Shown: positions 20,050-30,407, counted from the first letter of the stretch. The stretch: DNA of 64,000 nucleotides from an uncultured delta proteobacterium (GCA_963845145.1 CAWJQU010000005.1:832001-896000), one strand, 5' to 3'. A program made the numbers and translations. The notes: generated by a model not told the origin, from the letters alone.

Positions 20050-20877
20050 TTAGATATCCTTTTCGACGTAAGGTTCTTCAAAATAATATATACCGAGCCC
20101 AGCCCGGTTTCGGCCGGAACCTTTAACCGAAGGCGTCACATCGCGATCGTGCCGGGCCAGTGTTTCATCAAGGCTTTCCAGTAATTCCTGTGCTTTTTCC
20201 GCGGACAGGTTTCGAAACTTTGGTAACATCTCGTCGGGCAGGTTGTCATACGCCACCTTACGTTGGAAAAAAGGGGCGGTTTGATCGGGATTTAAATTAT
20301 GGTCGATGGTAGCGATGAGGTGGGCCACATCCGAGCCTAAAATATGGAGCTTTCCAGCCTCGCTACGCTGGGGAATATATGCCTGTGCCTGTAGAGAAAT
20401 AGTGCCGTCAATATGTTGTTTGACCGCACCGATGTGAATGAGTTCGTCCAAAATAGCCCGAACCGGAATATCACCGCTGTATCTTTTGACCAGTTCGCTG
20501 AAATTGACGTCCGTACCCGTGACCGGCAACCGAACCGGTTCTCCCGTGGCATCCAAAAAGCCACTTTCACGACGCCAACCGGCGATTACCCTGGCGGCAC
20601 GATTATACTTTTCGGCGCTGGCGCGGTCATCCGGTCGCGGTAGGTTGCACACGCGTGTGACTTCCTTTCGAGACAGGCCGGTGACCACCGAAACCCGTGA
20701 CGTTGACTGTTTGCGGCCCGCAATACCGAATTCCTGAGTGGCGACATCCACATAAACCCATTTAGCAAGATCCGAAAAGGTTTTATAGGAAACACCGTTT
20801 CGCAACAGAATCCGAACCAATGGTCGAAGGAGCCGAATGATAGCTGCGGATAATCGTTTGAGGTGTTTGTCGCTCAT
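20050..20877 (-). CDS. DUF6502 family protein (HTH-like N-terminus)
   Basis: RLLRPLVRILLRNGVSY, SRVSVVTGLSRKEV, RVIAGW, DIPVRAILDEL, TIDHNL, FQRKVAYDNL, GLGIYYFEE. Confidence 0.82.
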   Translation of the reverse strand: MSDKHLKRLSAAIIRLLRPLVRILLRNGVSYKTFSDLAKWVYVDVATQEFGIAGRKQSTSRVSVVTGLSRKEVTRVCNLPRPDDRASAEKYNRAARVIAGWRRESGFLDATGEPVRLPVTGTDVNFSELVKRYSGDIPVRAILDELIHIGAVKQHIDGTISLQAQAYIPQRSEAGKLHILGSDVAHLIATIDHNLNPDQTAPFFQRKVAYDNLPDEMLPKFRNLSAEKAQELLESLDETLARHDRDVTPSVKGSGRNRAGLGIYYFEEPYVEKDI

Positions 20878-20920
20878 GGGATGTCAATTTCTTATGGGGA
20901 TACGGTTTTAAATAACCCTA

Positions 20921-20956
20921 ATTTGGGAATTTATTCCCAAATAAATTGTTTGTCAA
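20921..20956 (-). promoter_or_regulatory. Sigma70-type promoter overlapped by a palindromic operator
   Basis: TTGACA (20956-20951) N17 TAAATT (20933-20928); ATTTGGGAAT-TT-ATTCCCAAAT at 20921-20942. Confidence 0.65.
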
Positions 20957-21084
20957 GAAAATTTTCTGGCTCGATGTATTTTAATTATGTCCGGAATGAT
21001 TTATTCGCGGATATTTTTAAGGGAGAATCGGTTACGCTGGGAATAGCAACATCAAATTGACATTTCGTGAGTGATTGGAATCAC

Positions 21085-22146
21085 CTATGTAATGATCATA
21101 TGAGGTCCACCTTTGAGCTCACCCACCCGTCCGATAATCGTCGCTTTATCGATACCGTGGGCATGCAATTTTGTCAGTAACGCCGCCCCCTCTCTTTCGG
21201 GGACTGAAGCCAGCAACCCCCCGCTGGTTTGAGGATCAAAAAGAATTTCCTGTTTCCAGCCGGGTATCTCTTTGTCAAACCGCAGACGGTTACCTACCAT
21301 GCGGCGGTTGAAATCATTGGATCCGGTGCGCATACCCTTACGATACATGTCGAAGCTTTCATCCATCACCGGCAGGCTATCAAAATCAAGTGTTATCTCA
21401 ACCCCGGACGCAACGGCTATTTCAAAACCGTGCCCAGCCAAGCCGAATCCGGTTACATCGGTGACGGCGTGAATGGTAGCGTCTTTGAGTATTTCGGCGG
21501 CATCGCGGTTCAAAGTGGTTACGTAGCTAAGACAGGCATCCATGGCCGGTTTGGAAACCCAATTTTTAAGGTTGGCGTTGAAAAGGACCCCGCTTCCGAT
21601 GGGCTTGGTGAGGATCAGGACATCACCAGGTCGCGCATCTGCATTGGTCCAGTATTTTTCCGGATGGACCAAGCCGGTGACAGCCAGGCCGAATTTAGGC
21701 TCGTCGTCTTCGATGGAATGCCCGCCGGCCAAAACGGCCCCGGCTTCGGTGATTTTATCCAGTGCACCGGCGATGATTTGATTTAAAATTTCCGGCGCCA
21801 GTTTTTTTGAGGGAAAACTCACCAGATTAAGGCAGGTGATAGGCCGCCCCCCCATGGCATAAACATCGCTAAGGGCATTAGCGGCGGCCACTTGGCCAAA
21901 TATGAAACCGTCATCTACCGGCGGGGTGATATAATCGGCGGTTGTTATAATCGCCAATTCGTCAGTGAGTTTGTATACCCCGGCATCATCGGCCGTATCA
22001 AACCCTACCAGGAGATTGGGGTCTTTCTTTTTGGGAAGCGTTTTAAGTAAATTATCGAGTCCGACCGGATCGAGTTTTGCCGCTCACCCGCAGGTTTTGG
22101 ACAGACTGAGCAGCGTCGGTTTTTTAAATGGGTTGAGTTTGGCCAT
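21085..22146 (-). CDS. selD: Selenide, water dikinase (selenophosphate synthetase), selenoprotein with UGA-Sec at codon 21
   Basis: MAKLNPFKKPTLLSLSKTCG-TGA-AAKLDP..DDAGVY in frame with the ORF carrying ANALSDVYAMGG, GGHS, DVTGFGL, DPQTSGGLL; TGA at 22084-22086. Confidence 0.95.
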
Positions 22147-22480
22147 TTGAACAGTATCCTAATTCTTTTAGATCGTTCAGGTTAAATAATTATCGTAAGA
22201 GCCATTTTATAGACAAATTAATAGTCGATTGCATTGAAAATGTAAAATAATAAGGCTTTGATGATTCGTCGTAAATAGGAAAAAAAATACCCAGAATTAT
22301 TGAAATTATTCCATAATCGGTGAGATGGATGAGAAGATTCAATTGCTACACTTGGTCATTATACTGCTGAAATAACAGATAATTGAGCCCACATATGGGG
22401 CCCTATGGTTTCGGTCCGAATTTTGCATTCCCTCGATATAGTTTCAAAATTGTTCACAAAAAGTTGATGGTAATTATAAC

Positions 22481-22702
22481 ATGATTGATGAGATGATGAA
22501 TGAATCTGTTTTAAACCCGGACCGGATTTCTCCCACAGGGGGAAGAAGGTCTGGCATTGAACGGCGGGAATTTTCCTTTACGGCCCATGTTCCGGAACGC
22601 CGAAAGGGTGAAGACCGTAGAAACTGGGAAGATCGTCGGCAAAAACCTCGGATTCTGAAGTATTGGCAACGATTAAAAGACAAACTATCCGAGAGGGATT
22701 AA
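22481..22702 (+). CDS. Small Arg-rich protein with repeated (D/E)RR motifs
   Basis: GRRSGIERR, ERRKGEDRRNWEDRRQKPR. Confidence 0.6.
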   Translation: MIDEMMNESVLNPDRISPTGGRRSGIERREFSFTAHVPERRKGEDRRNWEDRRQKPRILKYWQRLKDKLSERD

Positions 22703-22732
22703 CCTAAACCCGGTCCATAATCATTCATAGAT

Positions 22733-25700
22733 TTATTTTAACCCAGCCCGCCCTAGAACACGACCCAGCCGGTTGAATACGGCCGGATCTTTATACGGCA
22801 ATTTCGCTTTACTGGCTTCCAAAGAGAAATTGGGGACAACCCTCAACACCTCCGTCGCCTCCGCCCGGGCTTTCTCATCCTCTTTTCGTTCACCATAGAT
22901 AGCTGTCAAATAAATGTGTGCCGGCCAAAAATTCGGGTTACGGTTGAGAACCCTTTTAAAGGATATAATCGCTTCGTCATATTGACCTGACATAAAATAG
23001 GCCGAACCCAATCCGTGATAATACCAAACCGGGGGGATTGGATTTAAGCGAATCGCCTTTTTAAACAAGACCACCGCCTCATCCGGTTTTCCCGCAAATT
23101 GTAACGCCTCCCCCAGCCCCGCGATGCCGTCGGCATCATTGGGGTTTAATGCGATGTTTTTTTTGAGCTCGGCAATAGCCCGGTCGTGCTGTTTTTGCCA
23201 AAGATAGATTTTTCCGACTAGGGTAAGGCCTTTCGGCATGGATTCGTCCAGCGTCAGGGCCTGGTGAGCCAGCTTAAGGGCCCGATCTAAAGATTGAGGA
23301 TCCATACTCCATTCGAAGGCCCATGCCATCCAGTAGGTCCAGCCCAACCCGGAATAGGCCTCGGCATACTTGGGATCCAGATCAATCGCTTGTTTGAACA
23401 TCTGTCGCGCTTGGGTATTATCCGCTTTAGTAAAGCGCGTGAAAAGGTCGGCCCCTCGCAATGCAAGGTCATACGCTTCAACGCTATCTGTTCCTCTGCG
23501 AACCAGGCGCTTTTCCTCATCCTTGGATAGTTTGACCACCAAGGCCGCCACAATTTTTCTGGTGACCTCATCCTGAAGCATAAAGATGTCTTTAAGGTCC
23601 CTATCGTAACGCTCGGCCCAGATATGTCCACCCGTATGGGCATCGATCAACTGCGCGGTAATACGGACGCGGTCCCCCGCCTTGCGTACACTGCCCTCCA
23701 AAACATAGCGCACTCCCAATTCCCGGCCGATTTGATCGACTTTTACAGATTTACCCTTGTAGCTAAAAACCGAGTTGCGTGCGATGACAAACAGATGTGA
23801 AATTTTGGATAGATCGGTAATGAGATCCTCGGTCATTCCATCACTAAAATATTCCTGGGAAGGGTCGTTACTCATGTTGACAAACGGCAAAACGGCGATG
23901 GAGGGCTTTTCCGGAATCTTCAGGCGTGACGTTTCGGGAAGCCCGGCCTGGCGAAGGTTAACCAGAATCCGCTCGAGATGTTCTGGATTTTTATAATGGT
24001 ATGCCTGGCGGAAATCCTCTAACGAGAAATTCGGAATCGCCTTTATTAATTCTGCGGCATACGTCCGGGCTTTTTCCTCCCGACCCAACTGTACGGAAAC
24101 ATCAACCAGGCCGACCAATCCAAAAAACAGGTTACCATTATTTGTTTTTGAACGTTCCAGGGTTTTTTTGTAAGTGGCATATGCTTCTTCGTATTGACCC
24201 GCTTGGCGGTAAGCCTGTGCGAGAAACGATAGCTCCCAATCCGCACAATAAGGCGCTAGTCGAATGGCTCTCTCGGCCAGGGAAACGGCTTTGTCAAAAT
24301 TTCCTGATAAAAGCATGACATTGGACAAAAGAACATGGCTTAAAGCATTGTTGGGGCCTAAGGCAACGGCCTCCTCGCCCTCGGTGATGGCTGCGTCATA
24401 CTGCTTTTTCATCAAATGGATCGAACTCAGCAAAGAATGGATATCGGATTGATCTTCATTTAACGCCGCGGATTTATTTGCCAGTTCAGTGGCACGTTGA
24501 ATGGATTCAGCCGGCGATTCGCTGAACCCTAACCACGTGTCGATGACATGGGTCCAGGCTAGCATGGTCCAGGCCAGGGCATAATTTGGATCCAGATCAG
24601 CGGCCAGTTCAAAAAGATCCCGGGCCTTGCGGTTATCTTCCCTGGAAAATCGTTCGAAAAGCGTGGTTCCTTTAACGGTTAGACCCCAAGCCTCGAAGTT
24701 GTTTGTGACCGGCCGTTTGCGGGATTGCTTGCCTTCCGTTAGTTCGATTTGCAACGCCGTTAAAATTTTCAATGTGATCTCATCTTGCAAATCAAATAGA
24801 TCCGTCAGATCCCGGTCGTAGCGTTCGCCCCATAAGTGATGTCCGGTAGTGCCATCAATCAATTGGGCCGTGACGCGGATGCGATCGGCTGATTTTTGTA
24901 CGCTGCCTTCGAGTATGTATTTTACACCAAGATCTTCGCTGACCTGCTGGACCTTCACCGGTTGGCCCTTGTAAACAAAGGTCGAATTTCGGGCGATAAC
25001 AAACAATTCGGGAATGATGGAGAGAGCGGTGATGATGTTTTCACTAATACCGTCGGCCAGATACTCTTGGTCGGAATTACCGCTCAGGTTGTCAAAAGGG
25101 AGCACCGCGATGGATGGCTTTTCGGGCAGCGGAAAGGCCAACGTGAGCAGAGAATCGGCCTGCATTAGCGAGGTTGCAGGTTGGGTGAGGGTATGCCGCA
25201 TGAACAGTGTCCCGGCGATGAAACCAACCACCCCAATAAGGACCAAACCCGCCCACAACCATCGGCGCGGCCGCCGTCTATTTTTTCGCCTTCGCTTTCG
25301 ATCGCCCATTTCCGGATCGGCCAGGATTCGATAGACTTTGACCGGTTTTTTGATATTTTTTACGGCCTGCTCGCCTTGAAATTTATACGTCAGATCAAGC
25401 TTCCCGACAATTTGGCCGTAAACCGTTTCAGAAACGGAAATCCCACCACCGTCGGCCAGGCTCTCAATGCGAGCCGCAATATTTACCCCATCACCGTAAA
25501 TTTGATCGCCCTCGGCAATAACATCGCCCAGATTGATGCCGATACGAAATTCCATTCGGCGATTTTCCGGCAGGGCGTCGTTTTTTTCCTTGAGCGTCTT
25601 TTGGACTTCGACGGCACAGCGAACGGCATCCACCACACTGGAAAACTCGGCCAAAACAGCGTCGCCCTCCGCACCGACCACACGCCCTTGATGCTGTTGA

Positions 25701-25840
25701 ATCAGTTCGACCATCGTTTCAAGGTGAGACGTCAGCGTGCGAAGCGTTGCCTCTTCGTCCTCACCCATCAAGCGGCTGTAGCCCTTGACATCGGCGTGGA
25801 AAATGGCGGCCAGCTTACGTTTAAAGTCCGGTTTTTCCAT
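22733..25840 (-). CDS. Class III adenylate/guanylate cyclase domain + TM + two TolB-like/TPR modules
   Basis: KRKLAAIFHADVKGYSRLM, FRIGINLGDV, GDGVNIAARIE; PEKPSIAVLPF..YxxDG occurs twice, each followed by TPRs. Confidence 0.9.
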   Translation of the reverse strand: MEKPDFKRKLAAIFHADVKGYSRLMGEDEEATLRTLTSHLETMVELIQQHQGRVVGAEGDAVLAEFSSVVDAVRCAVEVQKTLKEKNDALPENRRMEFRIGINLGDVIAEGDQIYGDGVNIAARIESLADGGGISVSETVYGQIVGKLDLTYKFQGEQAVKNIKKPVKVYRILADPEMGDRKRRRKNRRRPRRWLWAGLVLIGVVGFIAGTLFMRHTLTQPATSLMQADSLLTLAFPLPEKPSIAVLPFDNLSGNSDQEYLADGISENIITALSIIPELFVIARNSTFVYKGQPVKVQQVSEDLGVKYILEGSVQKSADRIRVTAQLIDGTTGHHLWGERYDRDLTDLFDLQDEITLKILTALQIELTEGKQSRKRPVTNNFEAWGLTVKGTTLFERFSREDNRKARDLFELAADLDPNYALAWTMLAWTHVIDTWLGFSESPAESIQRATELANKSAALNEDQSDIHSLLSSIHLMKKQYDAAITEGEEAVALGPNNALSHVLLSNVMLLSGNFDKAVSLAERAIRLAPYCADWELSFLAQAYRQAGQYEEAYATYKKTLERSKTNNGNLFFGLVGLVDVSVQLGREEKARTYAAELIKAIPNFSLEDFRQAYHYKNPEHLERILVNLRQAGLPETSRLKIPEKPSIAVLPFVNMSNDPSQEYFSDGMTEDLITDLSKISHLFVIARNSVFSYKGKSVKVDQIGRELGVRYVLEGSVRKAGDRVRITAQLIDAHTGGHIWAERYDRDLKDIFMLQDEVTRKIVAALVVKLSKDEEKRLVRRGTDSVEAYDLALRGADLFTRFTKADNTQARQMFKQAIDLDPKYAEAYSGLGWTYWMAWAFEWSMDPQSLDRALKLAHQALTLDESMPKGLTLVGKIYLWQKQHDRAIAELKKNIALNPNDADGIAGLGEALQFAGKPDEAVVLFKKAIRLNPIPPVWYYHGLGSAYFMSGQYDEAIISFKRVLNRNPNFWPAHIYLTAIYGERKEDEKARAEATEVLRVVPNFSLEASKAKLPYKDPAVFNRLGRVLGRAGLK

Positions 25841-26095
25841 GGTTTAAAATAACTTCGAATTTACATAAAAGGAACGAAAGAAACGGTGTTTTTTAGCGAA
25901 CATATTATGGACCACATGCATACAGGTTCCAATTTTAATTTTAAAAATTAGCTATTTGCGATCTTTATGTCAATAAAATAACAGGATACCGCCCAATATG
26001 CTTTTCCTGCCCGTAACAAATTGTAACAACATGTAACGTGTCAATGGCTTGCCGAAAAACAGTCGCCCAGCAATAAAGATCCGGCAACAAAGTTC

Positions 26096-26124
26096 TTGAC
26101 AAAGGGAATGTTCATGAATAATAT
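26096..26124 (+). promoter_or_regulatory. Sigma70-type promoter of lrp-dapL-lysA
   Basis: TTGACA N17 TAATAT, 27 nt upstream of the start codon. Confidence 0.6.
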
Positions 26125-26151
26125 TCTGATAAATTATGCTTAGAGAGAATT

Positions 26152-26619
26152 ATGGACGATATTAGCTTTAAAATTCTGAAGATATTGCAGGAAAAAGCGC
26201 GAATTCCCAATGTTGAGGTCTCACGGCAAGTCGGTCTGGCCCCTTCGGCGGTACTCGAGCGAATTCGAAAACTGGAAAAGCAGGGGATCATTGAAGGTTA
26301 CGAGGTTCGCCTCAATCCCAATTATTTTACGAAAAGCCTGGTGGGTTTCGTGACCGTATATACGGCAGCCGGCAAGAAGGGCGACCGGGTAGGCAAAGCC
26401 CTGGCCAAGATCGATCTGGTTCAGGAGGTACATCTTGTTGCCGGGGAAGACGCCTTTCTGGTCAAGCTGCGGGCGGCGGACCCCGGTGAGTTGGGGCGCA
26501 TCATTCGGCACCGGATTGCCGGTATCGAGGGCGTCCGCTCCACGCGCACCTTAATAGTAATGGATACGGTCAAAGAGACCGCGCGCATACCAATTGGTGA
26601 AAAACAAAAGCGAAATTGA
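26152..26619 (+). CDS. Lrp/AsnC family transcriptional regulator
   Basis: ILKILQEKARIPNVEVSRQVGLAPSAVLERIRKLEKQGII HTH; C-terminal RAM domain GVRSTRT. Confidence 0.93.
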   Translation: MDDISFKILKILQEKARIPNVEVSRQVGLAPSAVLERIRKLEKQGIIEGYEVRLNPNYFTKSLVGFVTVYTAAGKKGDRVGKALAKIDLVQEVHLVAGEDAFLVKLRAADPGELGRIIRHRIAGIEGVRSTRTLIVMDTVKETARIPIGEKQKRN

Positions 26620-26628
26620 GGAAAATCC

Positions 26629-27855
26629 ATGATCCGTATCAATGAAAACTATCTGAAGCTCGAGGCGTCTTACCTTTTTTCGGACATTTCCAAACGCGTG
26701 ACGACTTTTCAGGAGGCCAACCCGGACCGGGAGATCATCAAGCTCGGCATTGGCGATGTAACCCGGGCTTTGCCCGCAGCCTGCCTGGACGCTTTTCACA
26801 AAGCGGTAGACGATATGGGGGACGACGCCACCTTTCGCGGTTACGGTCCCGAGCAGGGATACCCTTTCTTGCGTGAAAAAATCGCCGCTAACGACTTTCA
26901 GGCCCGGGGGGCCGAAATTGAAGCGGATGAAATTTTCGTCAGCGACGGCGCCAAATGCGATACCGGCAACTTTCAGGAATTGTTCGCCACGGATATCACC
27001 ATCGCCATTCCCGATCCGGTTTATCCCGTTTACCTGGATACCAATGTCATGTCCGGACGCACCGGTAGATATGAAGATGGTCGCTACCAGGGCGTTATGT
27101 ATATGGAAGGTAGCTGGGAAAACGGATTCGTGCCGGCGTTGCCCAACCAACCGGTGGATCTGATCTATTTGTGCTTTCCCAACAACCCCACCGGCGCCAC
27201 CATCGGCAAAGACCAGCTGCAAGCCTGGGTTGATTATGCCCGGGAGAACCGTGCCGTGATATTGTTTGACGCGGCCTACGAAGCATTTATCCGCGATGAT
27301 AATCTGCCCCACTCCATTTACGAAGTACCGGGGGCCCGGGAAGTCGCCATCGAGTTTCGCAGCTTTTCCAAAACCGCCGGTTTTACCGGTACCCGGTGCG
27401 CCTATACGGTCGTTCCAAAAACATGCCGGGCCTGGGCGGCTGATGGCACGGCCCATTTACTAAACTCCTTGTGGAACCGCCGCCACGCCACCAAGTTCAA
27501 CAGTGTTTCCTATCCGGTTCAACGAGCCGCCGAGGCTGTCTATAGCCCGGAAGGCCGTGAACAGACCCGTGCCTTGATCGATTATTATCTGCGCAATGCC
27601 GAACTGATCAGAAATGAGATCGGCGCCCTCGGTTTTGATTGTATCGGTGGCCGAAACGCGCCCTATATCTGGGTGAAAGGCGACGAAGATTCCTGGCGGT
27701 TTTTCGATCTGCTTTTAAATAAGGCCGGTGTGGTTTGTACGCCGGGGGCCGGTTTCGGCCGTTGCGGCGAAGGCTATGTTCGCTTTAGCGCTTTTAATCA
27801 TTTTGAAAAAGTCCAAACCGCCATGGCACGCATGCGCGACATTTTGAAAAAGTAG
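26629..27855 (+). CDS. dapL: LL-diaminopimelate aminotransferase
   Basis: [36 protein letters not shown] lysine [19 protein letters not shown]. Confidence 0.95.
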   Translation: MIRINENYLKLEASYLFSDISKRVTTFQEANPDREIIKLGIGDVTRALPAACLDAFHKAVDDMGDDATFRGYGPEQGYPFLREKIAANDFQARGAEIEADEIFVSDGAKCDTGNFQELFATDITIAIPDPVYPVYLDTNVMSGRTGRYEDGRYQGVMYMEGSWENGFVPALPNQPVDLIYLCFPNNPTGATIGKDQLQAWVDYARENRAVILFDAAYEAFIRDDNLPHSIYEVPGAREVAIEFRSFSKTAGFTGTRCAYTVVPKTCRAWAADGTAHLLNSLWNRRHATKFNSVSYPVQRAAEAVYSPEGREQTRALIDYYLRNAELIRNEIGALGFDCIGGRNAPYIWVKGDEDSWRFFDLLLNKAGVVCTPGAGFGRCGEGYVRFSAFNHFEKVQTAMARMRDILKK

Positions 27856-27870
27856 AAAGGGATTGTACCA

Positions 27871-29136
27871 ATGCCCATGCCCCCCGATTTCGAAGATCGT
27901 CTCAATCCGATTTTAAAAGACGTGGTCGCCCATTTCGGCACGCCGTTTCATATCTATGATGAAACCGGGCTTCGGAAAACCGGCCGTAACCTGATTGATG
28001 CGTTTGCAAATATCACCGGTTTTAAAGAATATTTTGCCGTGAAAGCCTTGCCCAATCCCCATATTCTGAAAATCATGCGGGAAATCGGATTCGGTTTTGA
28101 TTGCAGCTCCATTGCGGAGCTTGTTTTAAGTCGCCGAATTGGTGCCGCGGGTGAGGAGATCATGTTCACGTCCAACAACACCAGTCGCGAGGAATTTGTC
28201 GCGGCGGCTGAAGGCGGGGGCAGCATTCTCAACCTCGATGACCTGTCACTGGTGGAAAAAGTTCCCCATATGCCTGAATTGATCTGTTTTCGATACAACC
28301 CGGGTGCGTCCCGTACGGGCAATCACATTATCGGCAATCCCGTGGAATCTAAATATGGGCTGACCCGGGAACAGTTGCCGCTGGCCTTCGAACAGGCCCG
28401 AGATCGCGGGGCGGTTCGCTTTGGCTTGCATACCATGCTGGCTTCAAATGAGTTGGACCATCTCTATATCGTTGAAACCGCCGAGATGCTCCTCGAGATG
28501 GTGGCCAGGCTGGGTGATGATTTAGGTATCCGGTTCGAGTTTATCAATATCGGTGGTGGGCTGGGGATCCCCTATCAACCGGACCAAGAACCCCTTGATA
28601 TTGCCACGATGGCGGTAGAGATTACAAAGCACCTGCATGCCTTTGAAAAAGAGTACGGCTCTGTTCCCAGGCTATACATGGAAAGCGGGCGATACATAAT
28701 GGGCCACCATGGTGTCCTGGTGACTGAGGCCATCAGTCGCAAAGAGATCTACCGCACCTACGTCGGCGTTGATGCCTGTATGTCGGCCCTGATGCGCCCG
28801 GCTATGTACGGCGCATATCATCACATTTCCGTTCACGGTAAATCCTCCGGCACCCGGAAGGAAAAGGTAGATGTGGTCGGGTCTCTGTGCGAAAACAATG
28901 ATAAGTTTGCCATCAATCGTAGACTGCCGAAAATAGATGACGGCGACCTGCTGATCATCCACGATACCGGTGCCCATGGCCACTCTATGGGTTTTAACTA
29001 CAATGGCCGTTTGCGGCCACAAGAGCTTTTACTGCGCCTCGACGGCTCCGTGGAATTGATCCGTCGTGCTGAAACCCTGGACGATCATTTTGCGACCCTT
29101 GAATTTGATGCGGATAATGTGATGGCGAAAATATAA
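27871..29136 (+). CDS. lysA: Diaminopimelate decarboxylase
   Basis: TPFHIYDE, FAVKALPN, NIGGGLG, ESGRY, GSLCENND, HDTGAHG..MGFNYN. Confidence 0.92.
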   Translation: MPMPPDFEDRLNPILKDVVAHFGTPFHIYDETGLRKTGRNLIDAFANITGFKEYFAVKALPNPHILKIMREIGFGFDCSSIAELVLSRRIGAAGEEIMFTSNNTSREEFVAAAEGGGSILNLDDLSLVEKVPHMPELICFRYNPGASRTGNHIIGNPVESKYGLTREQLPLAFEQARDRGAVRFGLHTMLASNELDHLYIVETAEMLLEMVARLGDDLGIRFEFINIGGGLGIPYQPDQEPLDIATMAVEITKHLHAFEKEYGSVPRLYMESGRYIMGHHGVLVTEAISRKEIYRTYVGVDACMSALMRPAMYGAYHHISVHGKSSGTRKEKVDVVGSLCENNDKFAINRRLPKIDDGDLLIIHDTGAHGHSMGFNYNGRLRPQELLLRLDGSVELIRRAETLDDHFATLEFDADNVMAKI

Positions 29137-29246
29137 TTGATGCTCAGGGTTCGTGTAAAAATAAGTTCACAGTTTTAGGTGTTGAGGCGCTCAGCAATCG
29201 TAGCAGTACAATCTGACTTGAAGTGTAAGTTGTCGTCGATAGGGAG

Positions 29247-29391
29247 TACAAGGAATCTCAAAAAAAAATCTAAGCGCCCCTGGCGGCGTTGCAAAACGGT
29301 TCAAAATGCTCACATACTATGTGTATGCTCCGCTTTTTCACCGTTTCGCGCCTTGCCAAGAACACTTACATTTATTTTGAGATACCTTGTA
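29247..29391. mobile_element. MITE/REP-like palindromic element (about 145 bp)
   Basis: Ends TACAAGGAATCTCAAAA and TTTTGAGATACCTTGTA (16 of 17 inverted match), TA at both termini, interior also self-complementary; non-coding. Confidence 0.7.
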
Positions 29392-29404
29392 GTAAAGAGG
29401 CGCC

Positions 29405-30220
29405 CTATACCCATTCAATCGGATTCACTTTGTAGTAGCCTTGAAGTTCTTCGTACAATTCCGGGTGTTTTTTTTGAAACTGTTTCGGCTTTTCGAAAAA
29501 CGATTCGGTGACAACGGCAAAAAACTCAGCCGGATTGGTGGCGCCGTATTTGTTGAACACACTGCGCTTTCTCTTTTTCTTCTTTTTTTGGAGCAGAATA
29601 AATTCCTGGGATAATACTTCCGCCCATGATCGATAAGCAGAACGGTCTCCAAGAATCGGCGCACCGTCGGCAGCGCCGTCCTCCTGGTCCAATTGATGCG
29701 CAAACTCATGCATGGCAACATTGTGGCCGTCTTTAAAGTTGATCGCGCCCTGCTTAACACTATCCCAGGCAAGAACCACGACCCCGTGGCTCCAGGATTC
29801 ACCCAACCGTACAGACCGGTTTGATTTGTCGACAAAAAGCCCGTTGCCACCGGCGACATAAGTACTTGGATACACCAGGATGGAACGCAACTTTGGGTAA
29901 CAATCCGTTTTCCGGTTTAGAAGAAGCATGCATGCTTGGGCTGCAATGGTCACCCGAATCTCATCTGTAATGACCAGGCCACCACACCCCTCGAATGATT
30001 TTTCCGCTAAAAATATTTTGATATAGTCATGCAGTTCCCGACGGAACGTGTCTGATAATTTCGTGTACGGTGGCAGGTTTTTTTTAAGGCCGGCAATCCA
30101 TTCATCTAAAAATGGCGCCTGCAACGCCAAGCGCCGCCTGGCGTTCCGGCGCAACCGGCCAATCAAGACATAAGCTGTAAGTATAACGCCGACAATGATA
30201 AAAACGAGGAGCAACCGCAA
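29405..30220 (-). CDS. MtfA/peptidase M90 family zinc-dependent peptidase
   Basis: IAAQAC, ILVYP, LGESW, DGHNVAMHEFAHQLD, YGATNPAEFFAV. Confidence 0.9.
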   Translation of the reverse strand: MRLLLVFIIVGVILTAYVLIGRLRRNARRRLALQAPFLDEWIAGLKKNLPPYTKLSDTFRRELHDYIKIFLAEKSFEGCGGLVITDEIRVTIAAQACMLLLNRKTDCYPKLRSILVYPSTYVAGGNGLFVDKSNRSVRLGESWSHGVVVLAWDSVKQGAINFKDGHNVAMHEFAHQLDQEDGAADGAPILGDRSAYRSWAEVLSQEFILLQKKKKKRKRSVFNKYGATNPAEFFAVVTESFFEKPKQFQKKHPELYEELQGYYKVNPIEWV

Positions 30221-30391
30221 GTGAAATCTCCATTTTTTGGTTAATTATGCCTGAATATGGATAAATTATTTACAATGGCCCATCAATACATCAATTATTA
30301 TCAATTCGTCAATGAATCTCAACAGTTGAATACCACAAAGTGATATAAATATTTTTTCCAAATAGACCCAACTGTCTTTAATTCTAAAGAA

Positions 30392-30407
30392 ATTGACTTA
30401 AGTCAAT
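30392..30407. promoter_or_regulatory. Fnr/Crp-like palindrome upstream of nap operon
   Basis: ATTGAC-TTAA-GTCAAT perfect palindrome; second copy at 44237-44250. Confidence 0.6.

Noticed and set aside
26551..27456. 301-aa antisense ORF over dapL, and similar shadow ORFs (25181-25852, 42301-43011, 57437-58003)
   Set aside because: Lie opposite well-supported genes, lack motifs; expected by-product of codon bias
27853..27873. dapL TAG is in frame with lysA (15-nt spacer), suggesting a readthrough fusion
   Set aside because: One-in-three chance; the spacer holds a purine-rich RBS for independent lysA initiation
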